Shown here: in pieces, positions 9,669-17,764 of the stretch
Numbering within the stretch: position 1 is the first letter of the stretch
Layout: each line of letters starts with the position of its first letter
IMG/VR virus record: IMGVR_UViG_3300017700_000351
Span: 1 to 25,469 of that record
Direction: 5' to 3' (one strand)
DNA: 25,469 nucleotides
DNA from: a virus
Taxonomy: Duplodnaviria > Caudoviricetes
The notes under the pieces: generated by a model
Seen by the model: the letters and a program-made list of their open reading frames with translations, nothing else
The model's database searches: none
Told to the model about the DNA's origin: nothing
Translations under genes and position numbers: made by a program

Positions 9669-9707
9669 GCCCGCGCCTCGCCGGGGTCGAGTCGGCGTGG
9701 CGCGGGC
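9669..9707 (-). terminator. GC-rich hairpin, probable terminator of the inserted gene pair
   Basis: GCCCGCGCC / GGCGCGGGC outer stem plus CGCCG / CGGCG inner stem, about 20 bp past the stop at 9729. Confidence 0.5.
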
Positions 9708-9728
9708 CGCGTGCCCAGCGATTACCCG

Positions 9729-10097
9729 CTAGGCGTCTTTCCCAAACGCGAGATCCCGAGCACGCCGCAGCGCCGTGATCGCGTCATTGCACGCCTTCCG
9801 CGAGTCGAGGTGCGTGAACATCGCGCCGCGCGCCGCGTGCACGGCCTCCTCGCGACGAACCTGATCCTCCGCCGTCGTCTTATCGCATCTTGAGGTCGCG
9901 CCCTCGTGCATCCCCATCAACCAATTGACGCGCTCGGCGCGCTCCTGCTCGGTGTACAGCGGCTCGCTGATGTTGAACCCCGACGAACTGATGAACCCGG
10001 TGGCGATCTGAACACTGCCGTGATCCTTGGACGCCTGCACCTCGAACCCACTGACGAGGGTGCCGTATACGTGTGCGCCTGCGATGATCTCGCGCAT
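9729..10097 (-). CDS. Hypothetical protein
   Basis: 122 aa, GGGAG RBS; C-terminal LDSRKACNDAITALRRARDLAFGKD resembles, from recall, an unassigned actinophage family. Confidence 0.7.
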   Translation of the reverse strand: MREIIAGAHVYGTLVSGFEVQASKDHGSVQIATGFISSSGFNISEPLYTEQERAERVNWLMGMHEGATSRCDKTTAEDQVRREEAVHAARGAMFTHLDSRKACNDAITALRRARDLAFGKDA

Positions 10098-10177
10098 GAT
10101 GATCTCCCATCCGCCCCGGCCCTACAGCCGGAGCAACTCACGCCCGACCCGAATGGTCGAGCTGTGCGGGAGCCACG

Positions 10178-10786
10178 CTACTCCGGGACTGGCTGGAACT
10201 CCAGATCAAACGGCGGGCGGACTGACCCGACGTGAGCCACGGCGATCTCCAGCGCGTGACGCACGCGGCTCTCCCCTTCACGGACCGCGATGTTCCGCTG
10301 CTCCACGGACAGGAACCGGCCCGGCTGCATCGCGGCGACGGGCCGCAGCGCGGAGAGTGCGCCGTGCGCGATGTCCTCCCCCGATCCAACTGAATACTCG
10401 CCCGATGCAAAGCGGTTCCAGGCGTAGTTCTCCTGAACCTCGTAGCAGCGGCCACGCACTGCGAGCAGGAAGTTCCCGCCCTTCGCGACGTTACCCAGCG
10501 CCACTTCGTCCCACCGTGCGGCAGTGAACGCCGACATGAGCGCGCCCATGAAATCGACCGTCACCCAGCGGTCCACGTCCCAGCCGAGCGACTCCATCGG
10601 CGGGACGAGCGCGTACTGGAGCAGTTGGCCCATCCTGTAGGACGAGGTAAACCCCATCATCAGCTCGCCGTTGCTCACGATCTTCGGGGTGCTCGTGTCG
10701 AACATCCGAGCCCCGGATCCGGCGGCTCGGTCGCCACCCATCACCACGCCCACGCCGGGGATCTCCAGCGCAACAATGCATGTCAT
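10178..10786 (-). CDS. HslV/proteasome beta-like Ntn-hydrolase (threonine protease-like)
   Basis: M-T-C-I-V start gives an N-terminal Thr; D18 (GGD), K34 (TPKI) and VGSGEDIAHGAL match the Thr1/Asp17/Lys33/GSG layout of HslV and proteasome beta subunits. Confidence 0.8.
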   Translation of the reverse strand: MTCIVALEIPGVGVVMGGDRAAGSGARMFDTSTPKIVSNGELMMGFTSSYRMGQLLQYALVPPMESLGWDVDRWVTVDFMGALMSAFTAARWDEVALGNVAKGGNFLLAVRGRCYEVQENYAWNRFASGEYSVGSGEDIAHGALSALRPVAAMQPGRFLSVEQRNIAVREGESRVRHALEIAVAHVGSVRPPFDLEFQPVPE

Positions 10787-10838
10787 GTTTCCGCCCTCTC
10801 GTCACGCCGCCTTGACGTCGGGAGACACGCTACACCGG

Positions 10839-10884
10839 AAACTCAGAACGCCCCGGCTGATCCGCACGTCTGCGGGCCGGGGCG
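10839..10884 (-). terminator. Intrinsic terminator downstream of MuF gene
   Basis: CGCCCCGGC / GCCGGGGCG stem with inner CCGCA / TGCGG, followed on the minus strand by TTCTGAGTTT. Confidence 0.6.
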
Positions 10885-10989
10885 GTGCTGCTCACTCTCA
10901 TCGTCCGGCGGTTCGCCCCGACGTTGCAGGGGCTCTGACGTTTCCGACATCGAGTGAGTGCCGTAGCAAGGGGATCAGAGTAGCGCAGA

Positions 10990-11766
10990 TCAGGTGACGA
11001 CGGGAAGGATGACGCATAGGCAATTCGGGTGTGCCGGTGGGCCGTCGAGCCCGTCGAACGCACCGGCACCCGCAGGCACCGCACCCATCGCCGCGAAGTC
11101 CGAGCACTCGTCACCGGGATCCCCGGCGGTCGCCCACTCCACCTGTTCGATGCCGGACTCCGCGTACGAATCCAGTGACGCGGCAGTAACCGCAAACCGG
11201 GTTTCCGTGCGGGCCACCGTCTCAGCCCAGCCGTTGCCGACACCCAGGCGCTCGCGGATCACGGAAGCGAGCTGCCCGAGTGACTGCCCCGCGCCGACAC
11301 CTTGGCGCAGTGCGTTCCCGAGCTCCTCGTAGCGTGTCTGCGCGATCCCCCGGATCGTGATGCGTCTTCGGTCGAGCATCGCCTGTAGGCCGGTCTTTGC
11401 GTCCACGTCGTCCAGGAACAGGCGCGCGGCGTCCGGGTCACCGGGCTCCCAGCCGCCCCAATCGCTGAACGGCTTGGTCGCTTTCGATGACTCAATGGTG
11501 GCCTTCGCTGCGACCCACCCGAGCATCCCGGCCTCGTAGTACAGGTCAGCGAACACGGCGTCCGTGTCGTCCCCGAGCAGGTCGGGCAGTTGCTCCGCTA
11601 CCCACGCGGCAGGATCGTCGGGATCCGCTGCGACGTACGCGGCGGCGAGCTCGTCAGGATCGACCGGCCCCAGTGAATCGGTTATCCGCTGCGTATACAG
11701 CTCGATCAGTTCCGCGTCCCGGCTTGCTCCCGCCCACGATGGCGGTGCGACCTCGCCCCCCGGCAT
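10990..11766 (-). CDS. MuF/SPP1 gp7-like head morphogenesis protein
   Basis: AETVARTETRFA, VEWATAGD...C, PPAHPNCLC motifs; directly after portal. Confidence 0.9.
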   Translation of the reverse strand: MPGGEVAPPSWAGASRDAELIELYTQRITDSLGPVDPDELAAAYVAADPDDPAAWVAEQLPDLLGDDTDAVFADLYYEAGMLGWVAAKATIESSKATKPFSDWGGWEPGDPDAARLFLDDVDAKTGLQAMLDRRRITIRGIAQTRYEELGNALRQGVGAGQSLGQLASVIRERLGVGNGWAETVARTETRFAVTAASLDSYAESGIEQVEWATAGDPGDECSDFAAMGAVPAGAGAFDGLDGPPAHPNCLCVILPVVT

Positions 11767-13597
11767 CAGCGCCCCCAGCCTTGGCGAGCATCCGATCCGC
11801 GAGAGCCTTGCGCACGTTCAGCGCCAGCGAGATCGCGTCCGCGTGGCTCGTCTCGTCCACCGACAGGATCCACTCCGCGAGACCTGGGCCCACCGACTTG
11901 AACACGAACGGCTTGCGTCGAGCGCCCTTACTCCACTTCACGAACTGCATCAGCTCGCGCGACGCATCCGCCGGGGCCGGGGCATCATCAGGCTCAGTCA
12001 GGTCGCCCGTGCCCGCCTCGTCCTCCGTGTTCGAGTCGTCCGCGATGGCCTGCGCAGTGGAACCCTCCTGTGCCTGCTGCGCCTGCGCGGCGGCGGCGGG
12101 CGTCACATCGTTACCGATGAACGGCATGTCCGCCTCCGGGAACGTGTACGGCGGGAGCCCATCAGCATTGCGCAGGTCGTTCATGGTGCGTCGGCCCGTG
12201 CGGAAGTAGATCTCATCGCGCTCCGCATCCGTCTTGTCGTCCTCCGAATCGTCGCCGTCGATCTTGAACGTCAGATCCTTCGGCATGTTCAAGAAGCGGT
12301 ACGACATTTGATTCATCGTGCGAATCAGCCACTTGCGAGTCGGTTTCATCCGCACGTCCTCGCTCGTGCTCTCCTCACCCTCCTGAACTCCGCGACCACC
12401 GAGCCCGCCCTTGGCCGCGAACCCGAGCTGCGACGGCAGGACACCGAAGTGGCCCGACAGGTACTTGACGATCAGCTCATCCAGGTCCGGCTTGAACCGC
12501 TCATCCATGTCCGGCGGGAAGATCGGATGCTGCCCGACGCCGAGGAGCTTGATGCGGCGGCGCTCCGCGTACTGGCCCGCGAGGTCATCATTGATGATCT
12601 TCTCGTACGCCTTGAGCAACTCGGGTGTGACACCGGCCTGCACGTCGGACTCCACGAACGCCTCTGGCAGCGTCCCCTCATCGAACTCAGACGACAGCCA
12701 GCCCAGGCGCTTGAGGTACAGGCCGACAACCGGGATGGCCTGCTCCACCTTCGAGTAGCCGTACGGGGTGAACGTGCGCCGGGTGCGCGGCAGGTACGCG
12801 AGATCGTCGGACGTGAACTGGCCGTCCGCGTCGGCGGATGCAGTGAACTCCCCACGCGGGAACCCGAAAAGAATCTGCTGGAACGCAGGGTACGGAGGCA
12901 GTGGCCGGTTGCCGTCGTCCGCGAGCAGCGGCTTGATCGTCGCCCCGTCAAGGATGATGAGGCTGTCAAGGTTCTGATCTCCGCCCAGCTGCCGGGCCGG
13001 GTAGATCGACAGCGCGTCGATGACGAGCATCTCCTCCATGCACTGCGCGATCCACTCCGGCAGGCTGTACCCGTTCTGACGGTCGGGCTCCTCCCACCAC
13101 TCCATGCAGCGCAGGATCTCCCCGTTCAATGACTCCCGCGCGGTCCTGCTCGCGGCAGCGATGGAGAGCTCCGGCTGATCCTCCAGGATCCGGGACACGG
13201 CGGACGCCTTGGGCACGATCTCGATATCCCACCCGGCGGCGGTGTCCTTCACGATCTCGATGCACTTACGCACCATGTCGGCCTCGTCCGCGATCCGCCG
13301 CAGATCCTCGAACGACACCCGGCCCGCGCGAGTGAGCTGCGTGTTCCACGTGTTCTCGAACTCGCTACGCCGAGGCGCAGTGCGGCCCGTGTCCGGGTTG
13401 ACCGGGTTGATCGGCACCGGGACGAGGACAGTGCCCGCGCTGAACGGGGTGATTGATGCCTGCTGCATCGGGTCACGCGGCAGCGGGACAAACGGAGCCT
13501 GCGCCTCACGGACCTGCGCCTGGATCTGCGCCGGGGACATCGAGCGCGCCCCAGCCGGGAGGGTCAGACGCTTTGACACCTGATCCCACAGTCCCAT
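11654..13597 (-). CDS. Portal protein
   Basis: 647 aa after TerL; VRKCIE, LDGATIKP, YGYSKVEQ, FDEGTLPE, FGVLPSQLG segments typical of HK97-like portals. Confidence 0.92.
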   Translation of the reverse strand: MGLWDQVSKRLTLPAGARSMSPAQIQAQVREAQAPFVPLPRDPMQQASITPFSAGTVLVPVPINPVNPDTGRTAPRRSEFENTWNTQLTRAGRVSFEDLRRIADEADMVRKCIEIVKDTAAGWDIEIVPKASAVSRILEDQPELSIAAASRTARESLNGEILRCMEWWEEPDRQNGYSLPEWIAQCMEEMLVIDALSIYPARQLGGDQNLDSLIILDGATIKPLLADDGNRPLPPYPAFQQILFGFPRGEFTASADADGQFTSDDLAYLPRTRRTFTPYGYSKVEQAIPVVGLYLKRLGWLSSEFDEGTLPEAFVESDVQAGVTPELLKAYEKIINDDLAGQYAERRRIKLLGVGQHPIFPPDMDERFKPDLDELIVKYLSGHFGVLPSQLGFAAKGGLGGRGVQEGEESTSEDVRMKPTRKWLIRTMNQMSYRFLNMPKDLTFKIDGDDSEDDKTDAERDEIYFRTGRRTMNDLRNADGLPPYTFPEADMPFIGNDVTPAAAAQAQQAQEGSTAQAIADDSNTEDEAGTGDLTEPDDAPAPADASRELMQFVKWSKGARRKPFVFKSVGPGLAEWILSVDETSHADAISLALNVRKALADRMLAKAGGADAGGRGRTAIVGGSKPGRGTDRAVYAADNRFTGAGRS

Positions 13598-15025
13598 TTA
13601 CGGACCTTCCGGTTCGAGCGCCCCGTCGCAGCTGAAACAAACCTTGGCGCTGCGTACGTTCGGCATCTGACAGTGAGGGCATGTTAGCGCGAGAGCGTCA
13701 AGATATTGCTGCGCACCGCCCACCTCCAGCAGTTCAGTCAGGACATGCACGAGGGCGTCGAGCCTGTCCGGGGAGTCCATACCCGAATCCGGCACCCACG
13801 TGGACATCTGCGTTTCGAGCTCCCCGAACACGCCGACGTGGTGAATCATGTGCCGCTCGTACATCATCGCGACCGGCTCCGCCCTCAGCCGTTTCGATTC
13901 CTTCGCGGTGAGCTCGATGATCGGCAGGTTCGGGCGGACCACCCTCAGCGTCGCCCGCACCATGTCGCCGCCCTGATTGCGCTCCACCACCACCGCGTCG
14001 CACTCGTGCAGGTCGAACACCCGCACCACCTCAGCGGCCCACTCGGACGGCCCGCCGCGCATCGTGTAGTCATGCTCGACGTAGCCGTGGCCGTGGCGGT
14101 CACGCGAGGCGACGATGATGCCGTGCTCGTCCGAGTCCTCCGTGTCGCTCACCGCATGATCCAGGCACACGAGCCTGCGGGTCACCGCTCTTGGGTTGAA
14201 CTGTGGATAGATGCCGCCCTGATCCGGTGACAGCCTGCCCATCCGGTCGGCCTCGATCTGCGCGACCTTCCACAGTGCGCCTTGCACGTCATCGAGCACC
14301 TCGCCGTAGAGCTCCTGCGCGCCCAGTTGTGTGTCGCCGTACTTCGCGAGCAGGCGGCGGAGCTGGGTGGCCGCGAGATTCTTAGCGTTGTCGAACGTGG
14401 AGCCCCGGCTGATGACGGCGAGCGGGTCCACGAGCAGTTCACGGATCAGCGGCAGCGGCTTGGGTGTCGTCGCGATGACCACCTGGGGGACGAGCTGCGG
14501 CAGGCGCAGGCCGAACATCAGCTGATCCCACGTCTCGCGCATGTACTTCCACGCGGCGAGCTCATCGCACCATGCGCCGTGATGTTGCTTGCCTCGCAGG
14601 CGCTCAGGTTTCTCCGCGCTGAATATCTGGATGATCGAACCGTTGTGCAGCACGATCTTGCCCTGCGAGCGGTTCCACGCCTTCACTGCGCCATAGCGGT
14701 GCAGGATGTCCAGGATCCCCGATTCGCCCTCCACGCAGGTGTCGCGCCCGTCCGCGAACGTCGGCGCGACAATCGCCCACCGCGTCTTAGGGTTGGATAC
14801 CGCCATCCACGCGAGCCACTCCGCCGCCGTCCGAGTCTTGCCTGCTCCACGGCCTGCGAGGTACAGCCAAATCTCCCACAGCGCCCACGGCGTCCACCGG
14901 GTCGGCGGGAGCTGCTCCGGTCGGGCTCGCCTCAAGTTCCAGAACGCGCGGGCCGCTAGCAGCCTCAGCCAGTGATCCCTCGATTCCGGTGATGAGTCCC
15001 CCTGCGAGCTGCTCGTAGAGCTCAA
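13598..15025 (-). CDS. terL: Terminase large subunit
   Basis: Walker A AGRGAGKT, ERLRG, Walker B WCDELAAW, IATTP, nuclease motifs CLDHA, VVERNQGG, SPDRLDA. Start codon (TTG 15025) uncertain. Confidence 0.95.
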   Translation of the reverse strand: MSSTSSSQGDSSPESRDHWLRLLAARAFWNLRRARPEQLPPTRWTPWALWEIWLYLAGRGAGKTRTAAEWLAWMAVSNPKTRWAIVAPTFADGRDTCVEGESGILDILHRYGAVKAWNRSQGKIVLHNGSIIQIFSAEKPERLRGKQHHGAWCDELAAWKYMRETWDQLMFGLRLPQLVPQVVIATTPKPLPLIRELLVDPLAVISRGSTFDNAKNLAATQLRRLLAKYGDTQLGAQELYGEVLDDVQGALWKVAQIEADRMGRLSPDQGGIYPQFNPRAVTRRLVCLDHAVSDTEDSDEHGIIVASRDRHGHGYVEHDYTMRGGPSEWAAEVVRVFDLHECDAVVVERNQGGDMVRATLRVVRPNLPIIELTAKESKRLRAEPVAMMYERHMIHHVGVFGELETQMSTWVPDSGMDSPDRLDALVHVLTELLEVGGAQQYLDALALTCPHCQMPNVRSAKVCFSCDGALEPEGP

Positions 15026-15413
15026 TCAACTCACGCCCCTCATCCGTTCCGGCATCCCACACAGTAATCGCCAGCTCGGTACGCACCGGCATATCGAGCC
15101 CGAGCAGGCGAGCGCGCCGCTCCATCACCCGCAGGACTGTGTGCGTGTGCTCCACCGCGCCCTTGAGCGCATGAGTCCAATGCGCCGACAGCAGCATGTC
15201 CAGCTGATCGGTCATCCGCGCCCGCTCCGCCTTCACGTCATCGTGAACGATCCGGTCCATCGCCCGCTGATACGCCGTCTGAGCACCCGACGCCGACGCG
15301 TACCCAGTTGCCACCGCAACCTCATCCCACGTCATCCCCGCACGACGGCACCGCACGCACTCCGCCTCGCGGGCGCGGATCTTCTCCTCGTCGGTCCGTC
15401 TGCGCATCGCCAT
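14787..15413 (-). CDS. terS: Terminase small subunit (HTH)
   Basis: RRAGMTWDEVAVATGY HTH and VMERRARLLGLD motif; immediately upstream of TerL. Confidence 0.8.
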   Translation of the reverse strand: MAMRRRTDEEKIRAREAECVRCRRAGMTWDEVAVATGYASASGAQTAYQRAMDRIVHDDVKAERARMTDQLDMLLSAHWTHALKGAVEHTHTVLRVMERRARLLGLDMPVRTELAITVWDAGTDEGRELIELYEQLAGGLITGIEGSLAEAASGPRVLELEASPTGAAPADPVDAVGAVGDLAVPRRPWSRQDSDGGGVARVDGGIQP

Positions 15414-15453
15414 GCTTACTCTGTAACTCCGCTCGCTCGGTGGTGAGCGCAGC

Positions 15454-15672
15454 CTACGCCCACATGTGCGCGCCGCAGTTGTGATCCCCGTCGTGTTCGA
15501 GCACCCGAGCGCAGCCGTACACGTACTCCCCGACTGGGTTGCAGAGATCGCAGTCCTGCTGACACACCGCTCCTGTGCAGGATGGGCAGCGGGTTCGAGG
15601 GCCGATGATCGACCTGCCGCAGCCTGAGCAGGCTATGAACTTCTGCCCGCGCCGTGAGCCTCCCCTGCTCAT
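15454..15672 (-). CDS. Cys/His-rich hypothetical protein
   Basis: ATGA-coupled start at 15672; 72 aa with CxxC pairs and CARVLEHDGDH. Confidence 0.65.
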   Translation of the reverse strand: MSRGGSRRGQKFIACSGCGRSIIGPRTRCPSCTGAVCQQDCDLCNPVGEYVYGCARVLEHDGDHNCGAHMWA

Positions 15673-15887
15673 GCTGGACCCTCGCTCACAAGGGTGAGCC
15701 GGTCTATCCCCACGTACTGACGGAGCCACTTGTCGCGGCGTGGGCGTCTCGTCGTGCCGGAGGCTTGGCTCATCGCGGAGGGTGGCCGCAGTCGTCTCAG
15801 GCTGGCTGAGCGCCCGTCTGCGCTGATCCGCTCGATCTCCCACACGGCTCGCCCGGTGTCGATGGTGACCTGATCCCCGACGTTCAT
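15669..15887 (-). CDS. Hypothetical protein (small beta-barrel-like)
   Basis: ATGA-coupled start; MNVGDQVTI... 72 aa. Confidence 0.65.
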   Translation of the reverse strand: MNVGDQVTIDTGRAVWEIERISADGRSASLRRLRPPSAMSQASGTTRRPRRDKWLRQYVGIDRLTLVSEGPA

Positions 15888-16189
15888 GCGCTCAACTCCC
15901 CGGAGAGTCGCCACAGTCCCTCTAGCGACTGCTCGACCTGGGTGATGCGGGTGGCGAGCTCAGTCTGTGCGGCGGTGATCGCGGCCTCCTGGATCGAGCG
16001 TGGAATGTCCGGGTGTCTGGCTACCCCGTGATTCCCGATCCCGGACTCACTGATCTGCGTTGCCCGCCACCACACCTTATCGACGTGGGGGGAGCCGTCG
16101 CGGGTGGACACGTGGGCCATGTACGCGACGCGTCCCCTGGCCTCGTGGTGCATCGGTGTTTGGATCACTCCCCACGGCAGCGTCATCAA
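15884..16189 (-). CDS. Hypothetical protein
   Basis: Coupled at both ends (TTGATG start region); about 100 aa. Confidence 0.6.
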   Translation of the reverse strand: MMTLPWGVIQTPMHHEARGRVAYMAHVSTRDGSPHVDKVWWRATQISESGIGNHGVARHPDIPRSIQEAAITAAQTELATRITQVEQSLEGLWRLSGELSA

Positions 16190-16464
16190 CCCACCCTTGG
16201 ATCGTCGCGGCGTACCTCAAGGTCACCGGAGCCATTGCAGTCCGGGCAGGCGCTCTGCTCGTCGGTATCCATGCCGTCGCCCCCGCACCATTCGCACGTG
16301 ATCCACGTGGTCGGCTCCGGCTCCTCAAGACTGAGCATCACCCGAGCGACTGTGCAGAGGTTCGCGTCCGACGTGGGCCTGATCCCGTTCGGGTGGACGC
16401 GGCAGGCTTGGATCGTTCCCACGGGCACCCCGCCGAACGTCAACTGGCCGAACTCGCAGGTCAT
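16186..16464 (-). CDS. Hypothetical protein with DnaJ-type CxxCxGxG Zn finger
   Basis: Start moved to ATG 16464 (ATGA); CEWCGGDG...CPDCNGSG. Confidence 0.65.
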   Translation of the reverse strand: MTCEFGQLTFGGVPVGTIQACRVHPNGIRPTSDANLCTVARVMLSLEEPEPTTWITCEWCGGDGMDTDEQSACPDCNGSGDLEVRRDDPRVG

Positions 16465-16634
16465 GGCGAGCACCTTGGGCATAGGTCGCGCGCCGGTGGC
16501 CCGCCTGGTATCCGCTTCTCTCGGGTCCACCGTGCCTGAGCAGCCGCCCGCTGCGCGCCACCTACCGCGTGATGGAGCTCGACGTGGTGCTGCGCGTCGC
16601 AGCGGTCACAGCAGGCCACGAGCAGAACAGTCAT
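16461..16634 (-). CDS. Small Zn-ribbon protein (not in ORF track)
   Basis: Manual translation MTVLLVACCDRCDAQ...ARWTREK...DLCPRCSP, 57 aa, ATGA overlaps at both ends. Confidence 0.7.
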   Translation of the reverse strand: MTVLLVACCDRCDAQHHVELHHAVGGAQRAAAQARWTREKRIPGGPPARDLCPRCSP

Positions 16635-16927
16635 TGGAATGCCTTGCCGCAGTTCGTACAGATCGGCGTGGTGCCCATCGTCCTCCAGCCGTCCAGGTGC
16701 GGGCAGGCTCGCGGGTCGTGGGGATCGGGTGCCCAGTCGGTTACATCACGGGACACGACGACGAACAGGCCCGTGGTGATCGGGCCGATGTCGAGCTGCT
16801 CGATCATGGCCTCCGCTGATTCGCGGCCCTCGTCTCCGGTCATGGTGATGAGGGCGGAGATCGGTGACACGGTGACTTCCCCGTTCGGGTCGATGGTCGC
16901 GAGGGCGTACTCACGGGTGTACTTCAT
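16631..16927 (-). CDS. Hypothetical protein with C-terminal CxH...CxxC
   Basis: 98 aa, ATGA coupled at both ends. Confidence 0.7.
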   Translation of the reverse strand: MKYTREYALATIDPNGEVTVSPISALITMTGDEGRESAEAMIEQLDIGPITTGLFVVVSRDVTDWAPDPHDPRACPHLDGWRTMGTTPICTNCGKAFQ

Positions 16928-17361
16928 CGTGTCAACTCCACGTCATAGCAGCGATAGAGGCGATGCCCTAGATTCTCTCCGCACGCGCAGCCGTCGATCC
17001 CGTTCCGGCAGCGCCCACGTGGCTCGCTTTCGGCGCGGACGACGAGCTCCGGGTGTCGCGCCCACACGGTCGCCACGATGGCATCAGGATCGAGCGCCGG
17101 GTACACCTCGTCGCGGTCCGTGCGGATCCACCACTCGCCCCCGAACTGGCGAGCCTCGTACCGCTTCCCAGTGCCGATGTAGAGCACGACGCCGCCCAGC
17201 GCGGCCCCTGCGTCGGTCGCCATAATCATCCGCCCGCGCGGTATGCGTTCGGTCAGCGCCGCCGGGACTCCGTTCCAGTGGGCATGTCGGGCGTTCGCCA
17301 CGTCTAGGACCGTCGTGGGTGGGAATCCCGCTGGGCTCGCGGCCCACTCGTCCGGGGTCAT
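16924..17361 (-). CDS. Hypothetical protein
   Basis: Start moved to ATG 17361 (ATGA); 145 aa with Cys-rich tail. Confidence 0.65.
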   Translation of the reverse strand: MTPDEWAASPAGFPPTTVLDVANARHAHWNGVPAALTERIPRGRMIMATDAGAALGGVVLYIGTGKRYEARQFGGEWWIRTDRDEVYPALDPDAIVATVWARHPELVVRAESEPRGRCRNGIDGCACGENLGHRLYRCYDVELTR

Positions 17362-17597
17362 CGCTCGTCGCCCCAGAATCCGTGAGTGGGTCGTTTGGCT
17401 GGAGGTGGAGGTGGCAGGCGCGTCACCGGAGGTATCGACGGGTCGAGCGGTGCGTGGTGCCCGACGATCATCACCGACCCGAAGCGGCACATCTGCCCGT
17501 AGGGTCCGCCCTCCCGGTTCGGGTACTGGCCCTTGAGCTTGTGCCCGCACATGACGCAGCGCGGGCGGTGCCACCACTCCAGCAGGCGTGCGATCAT
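17358..17597 (-). CDS. Hypothetical protein (CxxC, Pro-rich)
   Basis: ATGA-coupled start at 17597; 79 aa. Confidence 0.6.
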   Translation of the reverse strand: MIARLLEWWHRPRCVMCGHKLKGQYPNREGGPYGQMCRFGSVMIVGHHAPLDPSIPPVTRLPPPPPAKRPTHGFWGDER

Positions 17598-17764
17598 CGG
17601 GCAGCCCTCCGCTCGGCTCGAACGGCGCGGGCGATGCGGCCCACGTGAGTCACCGATGGGCGACCCGAGAGCAGAGTCACGCACCCATACCCAGGGATCG
17701 CGCCGCAGTACGGGCACGTCTCATCACGTTTGGCCGCGATCACGATGGCCGTCTCCCGGCTCAC
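17594..17764 (-). CDS. Small Zn-finger protein (CPxCxAxxGxxC...HxxR)
   Basis: GTGA-coupled start; CPYCGAIPGYGCVTLLSGRPSVTHVGR; 56 aa. Confidence 0.7.
   Translation of the reverse strand: MSRETAIVIAAKRDETCPYCGAIPGYGCVTLLSGRPSVTHVGRIARAVRAERRAAR

Noticed and set aside
10811-10836. Plus-strand TTGACG as a -35 box
   Set aside because: Nearest -10-like hexamer is only 13 bp away and no plus-strand gene follows.
13342-13357. parS-like half-site TGTTCCACGTGTTCTC in the portal gene
   Set aside because: One arm only; explained by coding sequence.
175-14959. Long plus-strand ORFs (175-1368, 1766-2623, 6485-8560, 8676-9407, 11564-13132, 14282-14959 and others)
   Set aside because: They mirror well-supported minus-strand genes, have Arg/Ser/Ala-rich composition with no motifs, and are expected antisense shadows in high-GC DNA.
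14787-15025. 239-bp TerS/TerL overlap as a frameshift fusion
   Set aside because: No convincing slippery site; run-on of an upstream gene in a stop-poor frame is common at this GC content.
17750-17764. VSRET peptide at the start of the Zn-finger gene, the same peptide a parS encodes
   Set aside because: Codons are GTG AGC CGG GAG ACG, not the parS palindrome.
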